The notes under the pieces are model-generated. The model ran no database searches, had not been told where the DNA came from, and saw only the letters and a list, made by a program, of their open reading frames with translations. A stretch of 64,000 nucleotides of DNA from Spirochaetales bacterium (GTDB lineage: Bacteria > Spirochaetota > Spirochaetia > JABEVK01). Below are positions 28,832 to 36,962 of this stretch, one piece after another (position 1 is the first letter of the stretch; the number at the start of each line of letters is the position of its first letter). Made by a program: the position numbers and the translations under genes. Location of the stretch: the NCBI GenBank assembly GCA_027451945.1, contig DAIDHT010000018.1, positions 499-64,498 of the forward strand, given 5' to 3'.

Positions 28832-30239
28832 AACCGTACCCGAAGCTTTCCCTTCCGACACGTTGCCTTCCACTGCCTTGCCAGTTGCCGTTTTGGGTGG
28901 GGGCCTTGCCGGTCTAACCGCCGCCTACCGGCTAAAAGCTCGTGGTGTACCCGTCGTCGGCTATGAAGCGACGTCTCGTTTAGGCGGTCTGATTCAAACG
29001 GAACACTGGGAGGACAGTGTCTACGAACACGGCCCCGATGGCTTTCTTTTGCGTAAAGGGACAGTGTCGTTGTTGTGTCAGGAATTGGGGGTCGAGCTTC
29101 AGGAACTTAACCCGCTTCCTGAGCGCATCTACATAGCAGGCAGTCGGGGAATCTTTCCCCTCCCTCGGGGAATGGGACTTTTACTGCCTACCCGCTGGGG
29201 GCCGTTTTGGACCTCACCGCTGTTAAGCCTCAAGGGAAAGTTGCGCCTCTGGGCCGAAAGGTTCATTAGTGTTCGCCAAGCCGCTTCAGATGAAACTTTG
29301 GCTAACTTTGTGAGCCGACGGTTCGGCAAAGAAGCGCTGACAACCTTAGCAGAACCCCTGTTGGGTGGGGTTTGGAATACAGACCCCCACCAGCTCAGTA
29401 TGGAAGCGGCCTTTCCGCATTACGTCCAGCTAGAAAAAAGCTCGGGGAGTGTGCTACGGGGAGCGCGCCAGGGCGGTCGTTCTGGTGAAGGCGGGGGCTT
29501 AGCCTCACCCGTTCTTGGCATTGAAGAACTGGTGCGTCAACTAGTCCAAAACACTCCCGGTGTTTGGCAGACAGGCCAAAGAGCTGTATCGATAACTACT
29601 GCTTCTGGCGGCTGGCAAGTAAACTTTGGCCCCTCACGGCCGCCTGTTCTGGCAAGCGCAGTGATTTTAGCGGTACCGCCGCAGGTAGCAAGCCGCCTCT
29701 TAGCTGAGGCGCTCCCCGAGGTTGCGAGTCTTTTAAAGAGCGAGTCACGCGGGATTGGTACGGTATCAATGACGTTGAACAAAAAAGACTTCGTACGCCC
29801 CTTAGACGCCTGGGGAACGTTATTTTCTCGCACATCCGATATCGCTATCGACGGCCAGCAGTGGAGTTCCGTCAAGTGGAACCACCGCGCTGGTGCCGAA
29901 CGAACCGTTGTTCGTGCGTTCTTTGGGGGCTTTCGACATCCAGATTTTCTCCAAGCCGACGATGAATCTGTCTTGGCCGAGACCTTGCGTTCCCTTAGTC
30001 CCTGGCTAAGATCGGGGGCGCAACCTCTTCATGTCTCGTTTCGCCGCTGGCAACAAGCCTTTCCTCAGGTTACACTTGGTCATACGCAACGAATCGCCAG
30101 TGCAGAAAAGCTCTTGGGGCCCCATATAGCTTTAGCAGGTCAAGGTTACCGAGGTGTGGGAATGCCGGCCGTCATTGAAAGCGCCGAACGAGCAGTGCGC
30201 TTGGTTATAGAGGGGTTCTCGCGTCCTCAAGAAATCTAG
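28821..30239 (+). CDS. hemY: Protoporphyrinogen/coproporphyrinogen III oxidase (HemY/CgoX family, FAD-dependent)
   Basis: FAD-binding GxGxxG (VAVLGGGLAGLTAAYRL). Amine-oxidase fold. Start ATG at 28821 overlaps the hemE stop. Confidence 0.8.
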   Translation: MSSETVPEAFPSDTLPSTALPVAVLGGGLAGLTAAYRLKARGVPVVGYEATSRLGGLIQTEHWEDSVYEHGPDGFLLRKGTVSLLCQELGVELQELNPLPERIYIAGSRGIFPLPRGMGLLLPTRWGPFWTSPLLSLKGKLRLWAERFISVRQAASDETLANFVSRRFGKEALTTLAEPLLGGVWNTDPHQLSMEAAFPHYVQLEKSSGSVLRGARQGGRSGEGGGLASPVLGIEELVRQLVQNTPGVWQTGQRAVSITTASGGWQVNFGPSRPPVLASAVILAVPPQVASRLLAEALPEVASLLKSESRGIGTVSMTLNKKDFVRPLDAWGTLFSRTSDIAIDGQQWSSVKWNHRAGAERTVVRAFFGGFRHPDFLQADDESVLAETLRSLSPWLRSGAQPLHVSFRRWQQAFPQVTLGHTQRIASAEKLLGPHIALAGQGYRGVGMPAVIESAERAVRLVIEGFSRPQEI

Positions 30240-30245
30240 CTTGCT

Positions 30246-30731
30246 TTAGGGAGCCAGGAGTTCATTAAGCTGGCTCATACCCGGATCCTTTTTCCAGGCA
30301 GGAACTACCCCTGGGGCCACGGAAGCCTCCTCGTCCTTACAGCGTTGAAAAAGCTCCAAAATCATCGAGGCCATTAACCCCAGATTGGAACCAAAGTTCG
30401 CCGCCGCCATTTCGGCTTTAATCTTTTTATCGGGGGCTGTTTCTCGTAAGTTCCCCAGGGCCACACTCCGAGCGTCCGGCAAAATCTGACGACGGGCTTT
30501 CTGAATAAAGCGGGAAAGAGACAGTATGCAGGAGTACAGTTCGTCCAAGTGCCATCCTTGCTGGCGGTACAACGCGCTTTTTTCAGCTACCGCCTCAATA
30601 TGATCCCAGTCTTGCCGAGATACCTCTAACCGAAAAAAGGCCGGTCGCAGATATTGAGAGGCGACATTCTGCCTGTAATGTTCGCTCAGGCGATCCACCA
30701 GCGTTAAAATATCAGAATTTCTTGTCACCAT
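30246..30731 (-). CDS. Hypothetical protein (161 aa) co-oriented with and 15 nt downstream of the hemQ-like gene
   Basis: ORF with no recognisable motif. Operon position between hemQ and the convergent hemY. Confidence 0.5.
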   Translation of the reverse strand: MVTRNSDILTLVDRLSEHYRQNVASQYLRPAFFRLEVSRQDWDHIEAVAEKSALYRQQGWHLDELYSCILSLSRFIQKARRQILPDARSVALGNLRETAPDKKIKAEMAAANFGSNLGLMASMILELFQRCKDEEASVAPGVVPAWKKDPGMSQLNELLAP

Positions 30732-30746
30732 ATTCAGCCTCTCTTG

Positions 30747-31466
30747 TTAATCAACCGAGCCGATCTGACGATACACTTTGCCAGCAAAAAAAGGACCCAA
30801 GCTGTCAAGATGATGCATAGTTTGTAGGCTTTTGCGCATAGCTTGCACGACGGCAGAGGCTCCAATCAGCTCTTTAGCAACAATCCCAATGACAAAATCG
30901 TTGTCATGAATGTCCAAACCATGGCAAGCCAAGCGAATATCCTGCGCTATACCGGCCTTACCAAAAGCCTTTCCAATGCCGCCGTGATCCATCAGGACCT
31001 CATGTTTTTGATCTTCGGGGAGGGCTTCAAAGGCTTTTTCACGGCGAACCGGGTACCAAATTGCCCAAGGATGGGCGGGATCTAAAATTCGGGACTTAGG
31101 CCGCTTCAGCAGAACTTCGTCGAGATCATTTTCATAGCCGACGGCATACGACCGCCCCAGCATCGCCAACTCGGGCTTGAAGCTCAGTTGGCCAAAGGGT
31201 GATCGCGCCAAGAAATCTCTTGCTTCAGTCACAAAAAAGTCGGGATTCTCAGACATCAAAACCAACCCCAACCCACGGGGGTCATTAAGGTCAGCATATA
31301 AGGCCGCAGGCTTACCCCAAGAGGCAAGTGCCGTTGCCAGAGACTCAAGAGACGACGCCCCAGTCCAAGCCAAGAACTGCACATACAACCGACGGTTTGA
31401 GGTCAGGGGTGTGCCATCTTTAGCCCTGCCGTGTTCAGAAAGATCCGGAAGAAAAGGTTTATCCAT
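30747..31466 (-). CDS. hemQ: Chlorite dismutase-family protein, probable coproheme decarboxylase (HemQ/ChdC)
   Basis: Block ALPEDQKHEVLMDHGGIGKAFGKAG resembles the HemQ block [24 protein letters not shown]. ~240 aa length fits the family. Confidence 0.65.
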   Translation of the reverse strand: MDKPFLPDLSEHGRAKDGTPLTSNRRLYVQFLAWTGASSLESLATALASWGKPAALYADLNDPRGLGLVLMSENPDFFVTEARDFLARSPFGQLSFKPELAMLGRSYAVGYENDLDEVLLKRPKSRILDPAHPWAIWYPVRREKAFEALPEDQKHEVLMDHGGIGKAFGKAGIAQDIRLACHGLDIHDNDFVIGIVAKELIGASAVVQAMRKSLQTMHHLDSLGPFFAGKVYRQIGSVD

Positions 31467-31494
31467 ATTGTCAGCTAAACCCCCTCGGCGATCC

Positions 31495-31524
31495 CTGTCA
31501 AGAGAGACCGTTTCTCGGTATAAT
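31495..31524 (+). promoter_or_regulatory. Putative sigma70-type promoter for hemL (-35 CTGTCA, 18 nt spacer, -10 TATAAT)
   Basis: CTGTCA at 31495..31500 and TATAAT at 31519..31524, ~70 nt upstream of the hemL ATG. Confidence 0.35.
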
Positions 31525-31545
31525 TACCCTTGGTTACTCTGCCAG

Positions 31546-31577
31546 CTTTTGAATCACCTTTCTTTTGAATCACCTTT
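31546..31577 (+). repeat. Perfect 16-bp tandem duplication CTTTTGAATCACCTTT x2 in the hemL leader, immediately upstream of the RBS AAGGAG
   Basis: Read directly: cttttgaatcaccttt cttttgaatcaccttt ctaaggagccgttATG. Confidence 0.7.
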
Positions 31578-31590
31578 CTAAGGAGCCGTT

Positions 31591-32871
31591 ATGCCGGACA
31601 GCCCCCTTTCTCAAGCCGCTTTTCAAGAGGCTCTCACTTTATTCCCCGGTGGGGTCAACTCGCCGGTTCGTAGCTTTGCCTCGGTCGGGGGAACACCCGT
31701 GGTCTTCTCACGGGGACAAGGGGCCTTGCTCGAAGATCCCGACCACCACAAATATCTAGATTTTGTCCAAAGCTGGGGAGCCCATATCCTCGGGCACTCG
31801 CCGCCAACGGTAGTTCGTGCGGTAAGCCGGCAGGTTCGGCGTCTGACTAGTGTCGGTGCGCCGACACTAGAAGAAAATCACCTCGGGAAGCTTTTGCAAA
31901 AAGCTATCCCGTCGCTAGAACGCCTTCGCTTTGTCAGTTCAGGGACTGAAGCCGTCATGAGCGCTCTACGGGTGGCCAGGGCGTGGACAAACAGGCCTAT
32001 GATTCTGAAGTTCGACGGGGGGTACCACGGACACGCCGATGCCCTTTTGGTTAGCGCAGGGTCAGGTTTGGCCACCCTCAATCAGCCAGCTTCGGCGGGG
32101 GTCCCCGAGCCTTTAACTTCAAACACCGTCAGTGTTCCTTACAATGATCTTGAGGCCGTCCGTGCTGCTTTTGCTGCCCATCCGGGCAAAATCGCCGCCG
32201 TGATTGTCGAGCCCTATGCCGCTAACATGGGTTTAGTGCTCCCTCTGCCAGGCTTTCTTGAAGGCCTGCGCGCGGTCACTCAAGAGAATGCCTCTTTGCT
32301 CATTTTTGACGAAGTTATTACAGGTTTTCGCTTTCACTGGGGTGGGGTTCAAACCCAGGTCGGAGTAACTCCAGACCTCACCACCCTGGGAAAAATAATC
32401 GGCGGGGGGTTGCCGGTGGGCGCCTACGGTGGCAGAAAAGACCTGATGGACCTAGTAGCGCCCGTTGGTCCGGTGTACCAAGCAGGGACGCTATCGGGTA
32501 ACCCTTTGGCGATGGCGGCAGGAAGTGCGGTAATGAAACAGCTTACCCGTCCCGGCTTTTACGAAGCCATCACCGACAAAGCTGAACGCTTTTTCGAGAC
32601 GTTGCTTCACAGACTAGACCCCACCCGCTACCACTTAGCGCATAAGGGCGGTTTAGCCACACTCTTTTTTGCCCCTGGCCCCATCACCAACCTGACGCAA
32701 GCCAAAGCGAGCGATACGGCGGCCTATGCCCGATGGTTCCATGCCCTCTTAGAGCAAAAAATCTTTGTTGCTCCGGCGCAATTTGAAGCCATGTTCGTGG
32801 GTGCCGCCCATACGCCACGAGCGCTTCGGTTGGCTGCCGAGGCGTTTTTAAAGGCCTTGGAAGCCAAATGA
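31591..32871 (+). CDS. hemL: Glutamate-1-semialdehyde 2,1-aminomutase
   Basis: Class III aminotransferase with HemL N-terminus (FQEALTLFPGGVNSPVRSF) and a PLP lysine region (TTLGKIIGGGLPVGAYGG). Confidence 0.95.
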   Translation: MPDSPLSQAAFQEALTLFPGGVNSPVRSFASVGGTPVVFSRGQGALLEDPDHHKYLDFVQSWGAHILGHSPPTVVRAVSRQVRRLTSVGAPTLEENHLGKLLQKAIPSLERLRFVSSGTEAVMSALRVARAWTNRPMILKFDGGYHGHADALLVSAGSGLATLNQPASAGVPEPLTSNTVSVPYNDLEAVRAAFAAHPGKIAAVIVEPYAANMGLVLPLPGFLEGLRAVTQENASLLIFDEVITGFRFHWGGVQTQVGVTPDLTTLGKIIGGGLPVGAYGGRKDLMDLVAPVGPVYQAGTLSGNPLAMAAGSAVMKQLTRPGFYEAITDKAERFFETLLHRLDPTRYHLAHKGGLATLFFAPGPITNLTQAKASDTAAYARWFHALLEQKIFVAPAQFEAMFVGAAHTPRALRLAAEAFLKALEAK

Positions 32872-33701
32872 GTAGAACTCTTGCCCTGGTTTTTGACTTC
32901 GACGATACTCTCGCCCATGATTCGACTACCGATCTTTTAGCTTCAAAAGGTGTCGATGTCGCGCGCTTTTGGGCCAAAGAAAACAAAACTTTAATCGAAG
33001 CAGGTTGGGATCCGGTGCTGTCTTACATGTATCAGATGATCCAACTGTCGCAATCCCTGACCCCCGGCCAACGCCTCACAAAGTCCACGTTAACAGCGTT
33101 TGGTCCCCAGGTTCGTTTTTACCCGGGCGTTCCCGAGCTATTCACCTACTTACGCGATTTTGTCCGCGCCGAGGACCACACCTTTCAGCTCGAGTTTTAC
33201 GTTATTTCGAGTGGTTTGGGGGACCTCATTCGTGCCACACCCATAGCGGGCGAGTTTACCGACATCTTTGCCTCAGATTTCGCCTACGACGCAGACGGCC
33301 AGCTGGTGTTTCCCCAGCGGGTTGTTAGCTTTACTGATAAAACGCGGTATCTGTTTCAAATTTCAAAAGGGCAAGTGGGGCCAGAGTTTGCCAACAAACC
33401 CTTCGAAGTTAACCGTAAGGTACGCGAACTGCGCATTCCTTTGGCCAATATGATCTTTATTGGTGATGGCATGACCGACGTGCCGTGCTTTTCTCTGATG
33501 GCCAAAAACAACGGCACAGCCCTTGCCGTCTACGACCGGGACAATCACGAAAAAAAGCTCAAAGCTTGGGGGTTTGTCGAGGATGGCCGGGTTAAAAACC
33601 TTCACTCAGCCAATTACCGGCGCGACTCCGATCTGGTAGGTTCGATTGAAATGTCACTTCGCTTTCTCATAAGTAAAAATCGTTCCGTCTACCAGGGGTA
33701 G
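32868..33701 (+). CDS. HAD-superfamily hydrolase-like protein, translationally coupled to hemL
   Basis: DxD motif (LVFDFDDTLAHD), late GDGxxD motif (IFIGDGMTDV). ATGA overlap with the hemL stop. Confidence 0.55.
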   Translation: MSRTLALVFDFDDTLAHDSTTDLLASKGVDVARFWAKENKTLIEAGWDPVLSYMYQMIQLSQSLTPGQRLTKSTLTAFGPQVRFYPGVPELFTYLRDFVRAEDHTFQLEFYVISSGLGDLIRATPIAGEFTDIFASDFAYDADGQLVFPQRVVSFTDKTRYLFQISKGQVGPEFANKPFEVNRKVRELRIPLANMIFIGDGMTDVPCFSLMAKNNGTALAVYDRDNHEKKLKAWGFVEDGRVKNLHSANYRRDSDLVGSIEMSLRFLISKNRSVYQG

Positions 33702-33752
33702 ACGGAACTTCACGCAGACAAACGGAACGCCACGGCTTCAATCAGTCAGTGA

Positions 33753-36539
33753 TTATCGGGTTTCTAGCACGACAATCGACTGATTGTTGACTGTATAGCT
33801 CCCCGAAATTGGAGTCCCCGACGCCAGACTCCAATAGTTATCGTTGGCTTCTGCCCAACTTCCTGTATCAATCACCCGAACCCAGCTTTTTCCTGAAGCA
33901 GCGGCGGGAATGGTGTTTGCGATACTACTCCCCGTCATATTCACAAGAATCAGAAAATCGCTATCGCCAACCATGCTTCCCTTCACCAAGATTTCCCCTG
34001 CTGCGCTCGAGCTTTCAGAAAAGCCACTGCCTCCCGCTGTCGTCAAATACGAAATGGTCACGCTAGAATAGTTCGCTTGCTGAAAGGCCGCGTGGGCCGC
34101 CCTCAGCTTCAGGAGATCTTGCAGAAAAGCAAAGTTCGTGTTCGGGCCACCGCTGGTGGCGGTAGCAAAAGTCCCCAGGTTGTTGCTGTAGGTTGCCGTA
34201 CCGCCTGTGGTGTCACCCGTGGCTACAGAATCCGGTGAGGCACTACCAAGCATATTGTAGTTATTCCAGGTAGCCACCGAATCAACATCGTAGGCGTTGT
34301 TGTTGCCATCCACCGTACGACCGAGCTCATCGCCCCACTCAATCATAGGAATACCACGACTGAGTACTTGAAACGTCCAGAAATCCCGAATAATTTGCCG
34401 GCGCAGGGTTTGGTTCCCTCCCCAGCTATTACTGAGATTGCTGTTGGTTCCTCCATCAGAGGGACCAAAGGGCCAACTGAGGGTACTATTCGTCTGTGTT
34501 CCGTAGCTGACGAGGTCTGTTATTGTAAAGCCATCGTGGGCGTCAATCATATTAACGCTCTTTTGAGGGCCTCCCTCGGCATTAAAGTCATTGTAATCAC
34601 CGTAAAACGCATCGGCCCAGCCGACACCATTTGCTCCAGCAAGGTTATTTTGCATAAATTGCCGAATGGAATCACGATAGTTACCATTCCAATTTGCCCA
34701 CCCTGCTGGGAATTGACCGATCTCGCTATTGTTGGTGTCCCAGGGCTCCGCAATGATTTTGAAACCATCATTGGCCGCTAAAGACGCAATGCTAGTAAGT
34801 AAGGGTGCGGTGCTCGAAAACGCGCCACTGCCGTTGCGGCCCAATTCGACCGCCAAATCAAAACGAAAGCCATCCACACCCATAGTTTGGGACCAGTACT
34901 TTAGGGAGTCTAGCACCAAGTTCTGTTCGGGCGTCGAGCCAGCATTGAAATTGTTACCACAACCCGTCGAATCCCAGTAAAAGCCATTACTCGTTCCTGA
35001 AAGCGTGTAATACGCCCGGTTATCCAACCCTCGAAAGCTTACCAATTGTGCTTCTCGTCCGGTGGTGGCATCCCAAACTCCGCCTTCGCCCGTATGGTTG
35101 TAAACGACATCCATATAAACTTGTAAACCCGCGTTATGGAATGCCGCCACCATTTGTTTGAACTCTTTGGTGGGCCCCCCGAGGCTTTGATCGTGGGCAT
35201 AGTGCCTATCGGGAGCAAAAAAGCCATACGTCATGTAGCCCCAATAATTTCCGCCCGACTTTGTTGTTGGGTTGGTATCGTTGTCGCTGTCCATCACTGG
35301 CAAAAATTCGACCGTATTGATCCCTAAATCTTTCAGGTAGCCTGCCATATAAGCGGCGCCAGCATAGGTGCCTCGCAAATTATCAGGAACATTGGCGGCA
35401 TCGGGAAAGGTCGAATAAGGCGACAAAAGAGTCGTCAGGTTCACACTAGAAGGATGTGCGGTCAGGCCCCTCAGGTGAGTTTCATAGACAATCGAGTTCG
35501 CTTCGGGAATATTCGGCTTTGTTCCGAAGGACGTCGAATCAACCAACGCCACAGACTTCGGAGCATAGGGCCCCGTATCAATATTGCGGAGGTTCATGGC
35601 AACATTACCCGTGATTGGTCCACTATAGGTTTGCCCAGCGGCCACATCGGCACCACCAGAATTAAAAATCACGTCAGAGTTTCCTGAGGCCGCTAAAGCC
35701 GCACTATCCACATCATGGCTGATTTCAAGGGCATAAGGGTCATAAAGAACCTTGTTAGGATTAAAACGATTGCCCAGGCTGTCGCAATCAGAAATATAGC
35801 CAGCGGAGCTATTACCTCGTGTCCAGGCACTACTAAAGGGCCAGTTTGGTCCCCAGGCACGAAACGCATAAAGGGTACCGTTGGGAACCTGAGCCAACGC
35901 CGCACGCCATATATTGTCAGAACCTTTGACCATCCAGTAGTCATAGGCGGCAGAGGCTCCTGTATCCTGAGTGTAGATTTCTAAAAGAACCTTGGTGGCA
36001 TCAGCTGAATAGACGCCAATTTCTAGCGTTCCCCCTGCGCCAGTCGGAAAGGTCGCCCCCAAGCCCCAAGTCGAGGTTCCCCACGTCGAGGACGAGACAG
36101 GCGAAAAGGCCCCTGAATAAGGGTGACTGTTCCCTAGAGCTGCCCCCATTGTTATTGTAACAGTGGTTCCACTATTAGAAATGTTTACCGTTGACGTTCC
36201 CTGCCACAAAAGATTTCCTGAGCTATCCAAGGCGGTGGCCGTAAAATTAGCTAATCCTGTAGCGGACACCGAAATGGACCCGCTCCAAGCGGAGCTCTGT
36301 TTCACGAGATTGCCACTTCCAATAGAGTTACCCGCTAGTGTCACTGAGACCGCTACCGAAGCAACAGCGGTATCATTGATTAGTCCCCGAGCGGTACCAG
36401 GATTCCAGGTCACCTGAACGGTATGCCAAGAATTTCCTTGCTGACCTACGGTCCCCGCAGACGAAGCCGGTGCTATTAAACTCGGCGAAGAACAAGAAAC
36501 TGCCAAGGTGGCTAAAACAAAGAAAAATAGTCGGGTCAC
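33753..36539 (-). CDS. Secreted lipoprotein pullulanase-type GH13 glycoside hydrolase (CBM48-like N-domain plus catalytic domain), with the family-specific N-terminal module
   Basis: Lipobox LAVSCSSP. GH13 regions YNHTGEG, GFRFDLA, EPWD, DAHDGFT. Probable GTG start. Confidence 0.8.
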   Translation of the reverse strand: MTRLFFFVLATLAVSCSSPSLIAPASSAGTVGQQGNSWHTVQVTWNPGTARGLINDTAVASVAVSVTLAGNSIGSGNLVKQSSAWSGSISVSATGLANFTATALDSSGNLLWQGTSTVNISNSGTTVTITMGAALGNSHPYSGAFSPVSSSTWGTSTWGLGATFPTGAGGTLEIGVYSADATKVLLEIYTQDTGASAAYDYWMVKGSDNIWRAALAQVPNGTLYAFRAWGPNWPFSSAWTRGNSSAGYISDCDSLGNRFNPNKVLYDPYALEISHDVDSAALAASGNSDVIFNSGGADVAAGQTYSGPITGNVAMNLRNIDTGPYAPKSVALVDSTSFGTKPNIPEANSIVYETHLRGLTAHPSSVNLTTLLSPYSTFPDAANVPDNLRGTYAGAAYMAGYLKDLGINTVEFLPVMDSDNDTNPTTKSGGNYWGYMTYGFFAPDRHYAHDQSLGGPTKEFKQMVAAFHNAGLQVYMDVVYNHTGEGGVWDATTGREAQLVSFRGLDNRAYYTLSGTSNGFYWDSTGCGNNFNAGSTPEQNLVLDSLKYWSQTMGVDGFRFDLAVELGRNGSGAFSSTAPLLTSIASLAANDGFKIIAEPWDTNNSEIGQFPAGWANWNGNYRDSIRQFMQNNLAGANGVGWADAFYGDYNDFNAEGGPQKSVNMIDAHDGFTITDLVSYGTQTNSTLSWPFGPSDGGTNSNLSNSWGGNQTLRRQIIRDFWTFQVLSRGIPMIEWGDELGRTVDGNNNAYDVDSVATWNNYNMLGSASPDSVATGDTTGGTATYSNNLGTFATATSGGPNTNFAFLQDLLKLRAAHAAFQQANYSSVTISYLTTAGGSGFSESSSAAGEILVKGSMVGDSDFLILVNMTGSSIANTIPAAASGKSWVRVIDTGSWAEANDNYWSLASGTPISGSYTVNNQSIVVLETR

Positions 36540-36550
36540 TTTGCCACCGT

Positions 36551-36679
36551 CTAGTTCGCCGTCACACTGACGGTGTATTGGGTCAGCTCAGTAACGTGGC
36601 CCAGCTCTACCAATTCGGGGGTTTGGTAAGTACGCATACCTTGGTTTGTTTCAACTTGAGATGCCTCAAACTTTTTCAT
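36551..36679 (-). CDS. Unannotated 42-aa small ORF (MKKFEASQVETNQGMRTYQTPELVELGHVTELTQYTVSVTAN) with a perfect SD; a uORF 11 nt upstream of the pullulanase gene
   Basis: AGGAGG lies 5 nt upstream of the ATG at 36679. Stop TAG at 36553..36551. The peptide contains Y-x2-P-x-L-x3-G-x5-T-x, the pattern recalled for lasso-peptide leaders. Confidence 0.4.
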   Translation of the reverse strand: MKKFEASQVETNQGMRTYQTPELVELGHVTELTQYTVSVTAN

Positions 36680-36823
36680 AATTCCCTCCTAGGACATTTT
36701 AGGATTTTATACTTATCTAAAAGCCAAACTCTTTGGGTGTCAACCAAAATTTTTTTCCCCATCTTTTCAAAGCGTTTAAATCCATTATTTCTATTTCTCA
36801 CCTTGTTAACGTTCACAATCTTC

Positions 36824-36852
36824 TTGACAAGACCAAATTCTGGACTGATTAT
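36824..36852 (+). promoter_or_regulatory. Putative sigma70 promoter for the alpha-amylase gene (TTGACA, 17 nt spacer, GATTAT)
   Basis: TTGACA at 36824..36829 and GATTAT at 36847..36852 within the AT-rich divergent region. RBS AAGGAG upstream of the ATG at 36963. Confidence 0.35.
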
Positions 36853-36962
36853 TTCCTAAATATCATAGGTATTTTCATCTATTTAATTATTTCAAAAACC
36901 ACCTAACCACGAACAATTTCCATCAACAACAAAAGAGTTCTGGTCTAGGACAAGGAGAAACT

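Noticed and set aside
36540-36962. Lasso-peptide biosynthetic gene cluster around the small ORF
   Set aside because: The flanking genes are GH13 enzymes. No lasso cyclase, leader peptidase or RRE genes are present within the window, so a canonical lasso cluster is not supported. The peptide is reported only as a motif-bearing uORF.
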